DNA from: Stegostoma tigrinum
Taxonomy: Eukaryota
Assembly: GCF_030684315.1 (NCBI RefSeq)
Contig: NC_081383.1
Span: 3,701,690-3,765,689, forward strand
Length of the DNA stretch: 64,000 nt
Direction of reading: 5' to 3'
Part shown: positions 13,301-25,300 of the stretch, piece after piece
Layout: each line of letters opens with the position of its first letter
Numbering within the stretch: the first letter of the stretch is position 1
Program-made: the position numbers and the translations under genes
Notes under the pieces: model-generated
Told to the model about the DNA's origin: nothing
Database searches by the model: none
Seen by the model: the letters and a program-made list of their open reading frames with translations, nothing else

Positions 13301-16300
13301 TTTCAGGGTTCTGTGGAAAAGCAGAGGTAGTCAGATGAATGGAGTAGCTCTTTCGAATTGGCCAGAACAGGCAAGATAGGCCGAATAGCCTAATCATATG
13401 ACAATTTGCCTCTGTCCAGTCTCTTTCTCAGGAGGGCGAGAGCTCTCTAGCTGTGCACTGTTCTCTCCCTGGGCCCTGCATGATGAAGCCTGTCTCTCTA
13501 AGCTCAGAGTGAACATACTCACATTGGACATTGAGCTGAGCCTCCAGCCTCACTGCTCCCAGTGGATTCTCCACGACACACTCATAAAGCCCGTGATCGT
13601 CAGGGCTCAGGGAATCGATTCTCAGCTCCGACTTTCCCCGGGAGGTGGAAATATTCCACCTCGGCTGCTCGCTCCCGGTCTCTCTCCTCCACGTGATGTT
13701 GGCTTCGGGGTTAGCATCTCCCTGGCAGGTTAGTACCAGTGTCTCCCTCTCCCTGGCACTGCCCCCTCCCTCGATGGAGACATTCCGAGGACCATCTGGT
13801 AATCAGAGAACAGACGTCAGCTCCTGCGAGGATTTCAGGCCCCATCTCCTCACCTCCCAGCAACTCCCTCCCGCCCTCAGCCCTGTACACCCAGTGACCC
13901 ACGCTGTCTCTCAGTACAACATCCTTCTGTTCCAAGCCTTCCATGACCTCTTCCCTCATAGAATCATCACATCATAGTGATTGGCAGAACCATTCAGGGA
14001 GGAATTAGACAGTTGTCTGGGAAGGAGGATGGACAGGGTAATGGGAAGGAGGATGGACAGGGTAATGGGAACAAGATGGGAGAATGGCATTCACTTGGAT
14101 ATCTAGCATTGACACAATGGGCCAAATGGCACCATTCTACACTATCCTGATCCTTTGGCTCCAATCTAATCCCACTTTCTAGTCCATGGTGCTGATGAGT
14201 ACAAGGTTGAGTGCAAATACAGTGACGTAGGCACGGTGGCTCAGTGGTTAGCACTGCTGCCTCACACTGCCAGGATCCAGGGTTTGATTCCACCCTCAGG
14301 CAACCGGCTGTGTGGAGTTTGCACGTCCTCCCCGTGTCTGTGTGGGTTTCTTCTGGGTGCTCCGGTCTCCCCTCTCAGTCCAAAGACATGCGGGCTAGGT
14401 GGATTGGCTATGGGAGTTACAGTACAGAGATAGGCGAATGGAGTGGGTCTGGGTCAGATGCTCTTCAGTGGGTTGGTGTGGCTCAATGGGCTGAATGGCC
14501 TGCTTCCACACTGTAGGGATTCTATGATTTATTAAATACTGATGAGGGATTTTTACATCGAGCACCATTTTTTGCAGTGAGTTCCTCAGATCTTCATAAA
14601 ATCTAGGAGCAGATGTAGGCCATTCAGCCCATCAAGTCTCCCTGCCATTCACCAAGACAATTTCTGATCTGATAGCCCTCAACTCCACATTCCTGTCTTT
14701 TCCCCACATCGCTCGATTTCCTTTTCGATTAAAATTCCGTTTCTAACTTAGCCTTGAATATACTTAATGACCCAACCTCGACAGCCCTCTGAGGTAAAGA
14801 ATTCCACAGATTTATTACCTGTCAAGAGAAAAAAATGTCATCTCTATCCTAATTGAGCAACTCTTGGCGTTTGACCACATCTACCAGGCAGGTTATAATT
14901 TTGTGTACCTCAGATAGATCTCCTGTTCCAAAGGAAACAACCCCATCCTTTTTATAACTGATATACTTGAAGAAATTAACAGTATTGAGACGAAAAAGGT
15001 ATTAGCTGTTTGATCAGCTTGGAGAATGGATACATCTCCAGGCCCAGATGATATATATTCCCCAGGCTGCCATTGGAAGTGAGGGAGGAGATTGCAGGGG
15101 GCCTAACATCAAGTTTTAATTTCTCTCTGGCCAAAGGTGGTGTACCGCAGGACTGGTGAACAGCTAATTTCAGATCATTATTCAACAGGTGGTAGGGATA
15201 ATCCAGGAAACTACAGGCCTGTGAATCTGAGGAACAGAATTATCTTCACTTGGAGAAAGGCAAGGCTTAATCTAGGAGAGTCAGCCTGGCTTTTGCTGAG
15301 GTAGAGCTCACGTCTAATGAATTTGATTGAGTTTTTTTTGAGGTGGTGATGAAGTGTGAGAATGTGGGTAGGGCAGTGATGGAGTCTGGAGGCAGACCTT
15401 TGGTATGGTTTTGACACGGTAGGCTGGTTATGAAGTTACGAGCCTATGAGACCCAGGGCACTTTGGTTTCAAAACTGGTTTAGCGGCAGTCAAAGGTTCT
15501 TTCAGTGACCAGGAGCCTGTGCTCAGTGGCACATTGCAGGTTTGGTTCTGGGTCCTTGGTGTTTGTAGTGCAAATTCGTAAATGTAAAGAGATGCACAAA
15601 ACAGGAAAATTGATGGCATGGTGAACAGTGAAGAGGAAAACCTTATATTACAGGAGGATATAGATGGGCTGATCAGAACAGTCGTAAATGGAATTTAATT
15701 TTGACAGGTGTGAGGTGATAGACTTTTGGGATGACTAACATGGCAAGGGATTACACAATGAGTGGTAGATCCCCAGGAAGTACAAAGGATGAGGAGAAAC
15801 TTTGCACATTCCTAGATCTTTGAAGGTACAGACAGGTATGGCAGCAGGAGGCATATGGGCTACTTACCTTCATTTGTCGAGATGTTGAATAAAAGAGCAC
15901 GGATGGTACACTGGAGATGTTTGAAATGATCGTTATGTCACAGCTGGAGTACTGTGCGCAGTTCTGGTCCCCACAGTAAGGGAAACAATGTGACAGTACA
16001 GGAGGGGGCTGCAGAGGAGATTCACCAGGATGTGGTCTGGGATGGAGAGTTTCAGCGATGCTAAGAGACTGGATAAGCCAGGGATGTTTTCTCTAGAGGA
16101 GAGAAGGCTGAGGGGTGGGACCCGTACAAAGTGAGGAGGGGATTGGTAGGACACATCCAAAGAAATCTTTCCCCATTGTACAGCCGTCAATAACCAGGTG
16201 CAGGGATTTGAGGAGTAGGACGGGTGGGGGAGCTGTTGGTCAGAGGGGATTTGAGGAGAAGCTTGAAAGGTTGGCAGAGTCAGGAACCATCAATACATTG

Positions 16301-19300
16301 AAGTATTTAGATGGGATTTCAAACACCATTGAATGCACTTCTCCTATTTCTGCGTTGATCTTTCTCTGCACCTTCTCTGTAGCTGCCACACTACGTTCTG
16401 TATCCTGTTCTATTACCGTGATGTATTTAAATGAGATATGGCTTGTCTGGATCGCACACAAAACAATATTCACTGGATGTGACAAGTATGTGACAATAAT
16501 GACTCAAATCAAACGAAATCAGGCTGAAGAACGGGACCAGGATGGATTGGTGCTCGATGACCAGCATAGCACAATGGCTGAATGGCCTTTCTCAGTGTTC
16601 TAATACCCTAGGGCTTTAAGAACACACTGTATGGTCTATGGAGTGAATGAGCAGAAGGAACAGGAGTAGGCCATTCAGCCCCTTGGACCTGCTCCACCAT
16701 TTCATAGGATCATTTCATCCCAAGGTTCAGTTCATTCATCTCATCCACTTTCCAGCCCTTTCCTTGTAAGCCTCGATTCCGCGACTGATCGAGAATGTAA
16801 CTCGGCCTCAGATGTACACAAGGACTCTGTCCCAATAGCTCTCTGTAGCAAGGAGTTCCAAAGATACTCAATCCTCCGAGAGAAGAAATTCCTCCTCATC
16901 TCAATCTTAAATTGGTGCTCCTTTATTCTGAGACTGTGATCTCTGGTCCCGGACTCTGCTATTGGTTGGAACATCCCCTCAGCATTTACTCTGTCTAACC
17001 TCTTAAGAATCCCATATCTTTCAATGGGTTCTTCTAAACTCCAGTGAGTAGAGTCCCAAACTGTTCAGCCTTTGCTCAGAAGGCAGTCCCTCCTCATAAG
17101 ACAATGAAATAATATGCAGGTCCACTTCTCATCCACACCACATTCATTCCACAGGGGCAGCACGGTGGTTCTGCAGTTAGCGGTGCTGTCTCACAGCACC
17201 AGGGACCTTGGTTCGATTCCAGCCTCAGGCAACTGTCTGTGTTGAGTTAATATGTTCTCCCTGCATGTGCAGGTTTCTTCTAGGTGCTCTGGTTTCCTCC
17301 CACAGTGCAAAGATGTGCAGTTTGAGTGGAGAGATAGTAGGAACTGCCCAAGCTGGACAATCTGAGATATTAAGGTGTAGAGCTGGATGAACACAGCAGG
17401 CCAAGCAGCATCAGAGGAGCAGGAAAGCTGACATTTCGGGCCTAGGCCCTTCTTCAGCAAATGAAGGAGGGTCTAGGCCCGAAACGTCAGCCTTCCTGCT
17501 CCTCTGATGCTGTTTGGCCTGCTGTGTTCCTCCAGCTCTACACCTTGTTATCTCAGCTTGGGTGGATTGGCCATGGGAAATGCAGGGTTACAGGAGTAGG
17601 GTGGGCCTGGGCAGACTGCTCTTCAGAGGGTTAGTGCGGACCTGATGGGCTGAATGGCCTTCTTCCACACTAAGGATTTCTGTAAAATGCACACCAGATC
17701 CTCATTCATTCTAGATCCGCTTCTCACTCAGGTTAAATTGAGTCCACAGCCTGATGCTGCTGTCTCAGTCTCCTGAAGGTTCAGCTCATTCAGCCATTAG
17801 CATCTGCTGAAGAACAACCCCACCTGGTGTTAGAAACAGGAAACGCTGTGATCGCTCAGCAAACTCAACAGTGAAGCTGGCAGAGACATTCATGATCCTG
17901 GATTATGACTGAGTCAGTAACAAGGAACTGTTCCAGGGCCACGAGGGCTGGTATTGATAGGGACACAGTTTCAGGAGGGTCAGTAGGGGAATTCAGACTG
18001 GAGATGGGGACACTTTTTATGCAGCGAATTGGCATGGTCTGGAGCACACTACCTGAAGAGAGTCTGGAAGCAGTTTCAGTTGTAGTTTTCAAAAGGAATT
18101 GAATAAATAATCAAATGTTTAAATGTACAGACTTTTGAGGAACGAGCTGAAAGTGCGACACTAACTTGACATCTCTTTCAAAGAGTCAGAACAGGCACTA
18201 TGGGCTGAATGGCCTCCTAGAAAGATCACAAGAAATTGGAACAGGAGGCCATTCAGCCCCTCGAGCCTGCTCTGCCACTGAGTAGGATCCTGGCTGAGCT
18301 GACATTCCTCACACCCACTTTCCTGCCCTTTCCTCACAGCCATTGATTTCTGACTGATCAGAAACCTATCGCTCTCAGCCTTGAATATACACAAGGACTC
18401 TGTCCCCACAGCTCTCTGTGGCAAGGGGGTTCCAAAAACTCAACTCTCTAACAGAAGAAATTCCTCCTCATCTCAGCCATAAATTGATGCCCTTTTATTC
18501 TGAGACTAGACTCTTAGGTCTCAGACTCAGGAGAAACATTGTCTCAGCATTGACCCCATCAAGTCCTTTAAGGATCCAACGTGTCTTCATGAGATCACCT
18601 CTCATTCTTCTCAACTCCTATGAGTAGAGTCCCAACCTGTTTAGCCTTTGCTAATAGGAATCCCTCCATACCAGGGACCATCCTAGTGAACACTCTCCAA
18701 ACTGCCTCCAATGAAATAAAATCTCTCCTCGTATAAAGGGCCAAACTGGTCACAGTACTCCAGATTCTGTGCTGATTTGCCTCTGTCCAGTCTCTTTCTC
18801 AGGATGGCAAGAGCTCTCTAGCTGTGCACTGTTCTCTCCCTGGGCCCTGCAATGATGAAGCCTGTCTGTCTAAGCTCAGAGTGAACATACTCACATTGGA
18901 CATTGAGTTGAGCCTCCAACCTCACTGCTCCCAGTGGATTCTCCACGACGCACTCATAAAGCCCGTGATCGTCAGGGCTCAGGGAATTGATTCTCAGCTC
19001 CGACTTTCCCCGGGAGGTGGAAATATTCCACCTCGGCTGCTCGCTCCCGGTCTTTCTCCTCCACGTGATGTTGGCTTCGGGGTTAGCATCTCCCTGGCAG
19101 GTTAGTGCCAGTGTCTCCCTCTCCCTGGCACTGCCCCCTCCCTCGATGGAGACGTTCCGAGGACCATCTGGTAATCAGAGAACAGACATCAGCTCCTCCA
19201 AAAACTGCAGGCACTCAGCCGCCTGCCAACCCAAAACCCAAAGACAAATACCCCTCACTCACCCCCACAACCCTCCACTCATTTCTGTTCTTCATTCCCA

Positions 19301-22300
19301 CGTGACTGAATATATCAAAGGGAAAACTTGCATTTATATATCGCTTTTCAGTGTCAGATTTTGCAAAAGCATAAGGTTGAGAGGGTGCAGAAAAGATTTG
19401 CAAGCATGTTGCCGGGGTTGGGGGGTTTCAGCGATAGGGAGAGGCTGACTAGGGGCTATTCTCCCTGGACTATTAGTAACTGAGGCATAACCTTAACGAG
19501 GTTTATAAAATCATGAGGGGCATGTCTGGAATTGAGGGTTTATTGATGACCGTGAATCTATTGTCGATCGTTGGAAAAACCCATCTGGGTCACTAATGTC
19601 CTTTAGGGAAGCAAACTACCATTCTTACCTAGTCTGGCCTACATGTGACTCCAGACCCACAGCAATGTGTTTGACTCCCAACTGCCCTCTGGGCGATTAG
19701 GGACAGGCAATAAATTCTGCCTGGCCAGCGACACCCCCATCCCGTAAATGAATAAAGAATAACCAAGTTTCCCTAGGTTGGGCTGGCCAAAACTAGAGAG
19801 GTATAAGTTTTAGGTGAGAGGGGAAAGATTTAAAAGGGGCCCGAGGGGAAATATTTTCACACAGAGGGTGGTGTGTGTATGGAATGAGCTGCCAGAGGAA
19901 GTGGTGGGGGCTGGTACAGTTACAATATTTAATAAGTATCTGGATGAGTATAGGAATAGGAAGGGTTTACAGGGATATGGGCCAAATGCTGGCAAATGGG
20001 ACTAGATTAATTTAGGATAAATAACCAGTGCAGATGGACCGAAGGGTGTGCTTCCACGCTGTATAATTATGTGGCTAAATGAGTAGTGGCTGTTATAGAA
20101 AATTAACTCATAGACGAGTGGGAAAAGTTATTAGGCTGCACGGGGCAGTTGATGGTGGGAGAGCTGGTGATGAAATCTGGAGGGCTGCGCTTCCTGGACC
20201 GTAACCCCCACTTCCCCTGCTCTCCAATGGTGGGTGTGGGGAGACCCAGGAGTGGGTCACGAAGCCCCCCCTCCCCTGAGGCTGCACCCTGCTGCACGGA
20301 GGCGGTGGCGGGGTGGGGGAGGGGGGTAGTACCCCTCAGCCCGCCGTGGAGAATGGGAGTGATTGGGAGGGTTAGACAGGAGGGGCATCTTCATTTTCAT
20401 CTTGTGTTAAGGCCACGGCCTCCAAACAGCGAGGAGCTGGTGCTTCATCTGCACCGGGATGGGCTGGCACCATTCGGGCTTTTCCAGAGCACTAGCCTGG
20501 GTTAACAAGCAGTAGCACCTCGAGCTCGGAGTGGCGGGGGGGGGGGGGGGGGGTCAACACGCAGGAGAAATGCACAGCTGCCATGGGTCAGTAAGCAAGA
20601 GGAGAGCGGCCTCACTGACTGACTCTGGGGTACGTGCATTGTAACTTTCAGACTAAAAAGTTTAACAAGACAGCGGTCGGGAAGCTAGTAAAGTCCACAT
20701 TGAGACCATCAGGCTGTAGGCTCCCGAGGCGGAATATGAGGCGCTGCTCCTCCAGGTGGTGTCATTGTGACACTGGAGGAGCCCCAGGATGGGCATGTCA
20801 CCCAGGGAGTGGGAGGGGGAGTTAAAATGTTTCGTGACCAGACGGTGTTGTCGTTTGTCACAAAACAGAGTGCAGGTGTTGCACAAAGCGGTCTCCGAGC
20901 CTCCGCTTGGATCCCCACCCCCCCCACCGCAGTGTGGAGGGGGCCCTCCAACCCCCCGGCCTCATCCCATGTCCAACCCTCCCCTCGACCTGACATAACC
21001 TGTCCAGCTTCTCTCCCACCTTTCCGCTCCTCCCATCTCACTGGCCAATCCCCACCAATCCCTACCCGCACTCACCCTGTCACCATCCCACCGACCTGCC
21101 CCAGCCATTCTCTCTCTATTTATCCATGAGCTGCATTCCCCCTCCCCCATTTCTGAAGAAGGGTCCTGACCCAAAACATCAGCTTTCCTGCACCTGGCCT
21201 GTGTTCCTGCAGCTCCACACTGTTATCTCTTCGTACATGTGACACAATATACAGGAACTTTAATAATTACATTGCTCTGTTACAGTGGCTGCTTTATTGC
21301 TGTTTAGTTTTTGTTGGTGTTTGGGGTCAGTTTGAAAAATAATACAGGAAGCGTCACTACAGGGATTCGTTCACAACAGTGCGGGTGACTCCAAATGAGC
21401 ATTTGAGGGACATCCTGTAAAGAGGCTTCGTGCTCAATCCCAGGCTGTTGCTCTAGTTTCAAAGCCTCCAGAAGACACCCGGCCCTTTGCTCCAGCCATT
21501 CAGTTATTAGGTGGCAGCTGCACTGAATTGGCCCCAGCTCCAAGCTCAGAGTGAGCATACTCACATTGGACATTGAGCTGAGCCTCCAGCCTCACTGCTC
21601 CCAGTGGATTCTCCACGACGCACTCATAAAGCCCGTGATCGTCAGGGCTCAGGGAATCGATTCTCAGCTCCGACTTTCCCCGGGAGGTGGAAATATTCCA
21701 CCTCGGCTGCTCGCTCCCGGTCTCTCTCCTCCACGTGATGTTGGCTTCGGGGTTAGCATCTCCCTGGCAGGTTAGTGCCAGTGTCTCCCTCTCCCTGGCA
21801 CTGCCCCCTCCCTCGATGGAGACGTTCCGAGGGCCATCTGGTAATCAGAGAACAGACATCAGCTCCTGCGAGGATTGCAGGCCCCATTTCCTCACCTCCC
21901 GCCCTCAGCTCTGTGCACCCAGTGACCCACACTGTCTCTTCAGTGCAGATAAAGGCCATTCGCACCGACAGATCTCACCCCATCCCTGTAAATCCACATT
22001 TACTGTAGTTAACTCACTTAACCTGCACACCTACAGGGCAATTTAGCATGGCCAGTCCACACTAACCTGCGCATCTTTGCACTGTGGGAGGAAACCAGAG
22101 ATAATCCACGCAGACACAGGGAGAACGTGTGAACTCCACACAGACAGTCGCCCGAGGCTGGGATCGAACCCGGGTCCCTGGTGCCGTGAGGCAGCAGCGC
22201 TAAAGAGGGGCGGCACGGTGTGTCAGTGCTTAGCACTGCAGCCTCACAGCGCCAGGGACCCGGGTTCGATTCCAGCCTCGGGCGAGCTTGCACATTCTCC

Positions 22301-25300
22301 CCGTGTCTGCGTGGGTTTCCTCCGGGTGCTCCGGTTTCCTCCCACAGTCCAAAGATATGCAGGATAGGTTAATTGGCCATGCTAAATTGCCCGTAGTGTT
22401 CAGGGGTGTGAGTGGGTTATAGGGGGATGGGTCTGGGTGGGATGCTCCAAGGGGCAGTGTGGACGTGTTGGGCCGAAGGGCCTGTTTCCACACTGTAGGG
22501 AATCTAAATTATCCATATCCATTAACCACTGAGCCACCGTGCCCACTGTCTCCGCTTCTCCCTTAATAACCACCCATAAACCTGGATCTTCAGTCACTGC
22601 ATGGTCCAGGAGCTGCCAACCCTCCGGAAATTAAAGAATAATCTTTAAAAGACTGTAAAGACAGTGTTTATTAATGGAAGTTAGAATTTGTACAGCACCT
22701 TTCATGACAATGAGATTCCAAACGACTTCACAATAAGTACTTTCGATGTGCCGTCACCGCTTCAATGTAGGCAATTATTTCCAAAACAATCTCGGGTAGA
22801 GTAGTGGGAAGAGCTGTGTGGCTGGGTGAGGGAGGTGGTTTTGGGAGATCCGACTATGAAACTTCCAGGGATATTTCAAGCGGAGTTGGCGAATCCAGGG
22901 AAGTGTTTGTTTCTGCTGGGTGAGCTGCAAAAGGAAATCTCTTGTCCCGGGAATCTGTGACGGAAATAACTCCAATTCCAGTTCCCGCAGTGTTCTCTCC
23001 TTTTCGGGACAATCCCCGTTTCCCGCTGAAAGGCAGTGACTGATAACGTATTTGCAACCTGGCGCCCGTTTGAAGAGTGCTAATGGGATCAGCATTCAGA
23101 GATTGGGGGGTTGCGGTTCTCATTTCATTCTGGAGACAGCTGCTGCACACTAATTAGAGGGAGGGCCATGGGTAGGTTTGCGACACAGTGAGACACCAGC
23201 AGTGCGGGTTCAAATTCTCACACTGGCTGAAGTTCCTGTGAAGGTTCTTACACCTCCCCTCACCTGAGATGGAGTAACCCACCAGTTGTCTGTCTCTCTC
23301 TCTCTGATGACAGACTAACCCATGGCAACTCAGAATTGGTTCGCAACAGAAATTTACAAAACTAACTGGAAGAAAGGAGGTCACCTTCCCAGGGTTGTTA
23401 AAAAAAAGAACAGGGCAGTGGGAGTAATTGAACAGCCCCAGCAAAGGCATGATGGGCCGAATGGCCTGCACCGTGTTTTCTGGAAAGTTGAAAGCACTCA
23501 CACCAAACTTCTACTGAGCTCAGACGTTGCGTGTGGCTTTCTCCATCGCTGATCTCACAGATGTAAGCTCCCCTGTCTTCAGGTTCCAGCTTTTCTATGT
23601 GGAGTGTTGAATATCTGGTTTTCTGGCTGATGTTCCAATGGGAAGGAGCCGTGCTGTCTGTGCTGGCTTTCCTCCAGGTGATTGTAGGGACATTGCTACT
23701 GTCTGCGCCACATGACAGGGACAGAGGCCTCCCAGCACGCCCCACCGTGTGAGCTGGTTCAATCCAGACATTGTAAAGTCCAGCTGTATTTAACACAGAG
23801 ACAAATTCAACAGGGAGATGCAGGTTTCAAAATAAAATTAAATTAAAGGAAAAAAAATCAAGCCCGCAGAGGAACTCAATGTGAAATGTAGCAGGAAGGC
23901 CAGGGAAAAGTGAGGAAGTCTCATAAACCCCAGCTTTAATGTCCTGCATCAGGAATCCTTCAGCAAATTGCCCGATTTAATCAGGCAGTGTCACTCTGAG
24001 GGACACCTTTTAAAGGAGGGTTTTTACAACAGGGGGTTTCCTTCTTAAGGGAACTGTCTCATCATAAGGGACCCCCTTTAAAAAGGGTCTCAGATTTACT
24101 GTTTCAGCAACAAAAGGATCCCCATCACCACCTTCCCAAGGACATTGAATGCAACATGAACATTTCCTCTGCATTCTCCATAGGATTATCTTTTCTTTAA
24201 CAACTCAGCCTGAAAACCTGGGCTTACGTGTTAGATTTGCTAATGGCATGGAAAGAGACCATTCAGCCCAACACCCCATGCTGGATCCCATTTTATTTGC
24301 TTCCGCCACCAGATGGATTCTTGGGATGGCAGGACTGTTATATGAGGAAAGATTGGATCGGTTAGGATTATATTCACTGGAGTTTAGAAGAGTGGAGTCA
24401 TTGGGGGATGTCTCGTAGAAACCGATAAGATTCTAACAGGACAAGACTAAACACAGGAAGGATGTTCCCAAAGGCTGGGGTCCCAGAACGCGGGTCACAG
24501 TTTAGGAATACAGGGTAGGTCACCTAGGCCTGAGAGGGGGAGAAATGTCTTCACCCAGAGAGTGGTGAGCCTGGGGAATTCTCTGCCACAGAAAACATTG
24601 TAGTATTTCAAGGAGGAATAAGATATAGTTCTTAAGGCTAAAGGGATCAAAAGTGAATGGGGAGAAAACAGGAACAGGGGATTGAGTTGGATGATCAGCC
24701 ACGGTCATATTGAATGATGGAACAGGCTCAAAGGGCTGAATGGCCTGCTCCTGCTCCAACATTCTATGCTCCCTATTTCAGCTCTTCAGAATATCTTTCT
24801 AATCACTCTATTTCATTACCAAATCAATTTTGAGATCAACGTCTTATTTCCCTGCAGGACTTATCACTAACTTTCTAGTAAATTTTGGTCCTTTTCGTTC
24901 TACAGTTTAAAAGCGGCCCTGACAACCCGCAGCCTGGGCTGACTCACAGTTCAGGTGGACCTCCAGTGTGCTGTTCTTGCTTCGGAATCGTGCTGCAGAT
25001 AGACCCAGGCGAATCTCACAGGTGAAGGTGATGTTTCTGTCCGCGCTAGCTGTTGTGTAGTTTTGATGAGAAACTGTGTGACACAGGTGGTCATACCTCA
25101 TTACTGCTGGCTTCTCAGCAGAGAAGAACTCTCGGTTGCGATACCAAAAAACTTCGACCGTGTGGCAGGGGTAAAGATTTTGCGCGGAACACCTAAGGGT
25201 CACTGTTTGTCCATCCATTGGATTAAGTGATTGCAGTTCCACTTTGGGATGGTGTGGGAATGCTGAAAGAAAGTCAGTACATTAAATTAATCCACCTTTC

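Noticed and set aside
10350-13522. Mucin-like exon as in MAdCAM-1
   Set aside because: No Ser/Thr/Pro-rich phase-1 exon found; exon 7 joins the TM exon in frame
13523-21837. Triplicated exon as an assembly artefact or a transposon
   Set aside because: Copies carry distinct substitutions, sit in different intron contexts and splice in frame; no terminal repeats or TSDs seen. Raw reads would be the final check.
13398-22046. Three similar plus-strand ORFs (LRVNILTLDIELSLQPHC...; MEIFHLGCSLPV...)
   Set aside because: They are antisense shadows of the repeated Ig exon; the minus frame has splice sites and canonical Ig C/W/D-x-G-x-Y-x-C motifs
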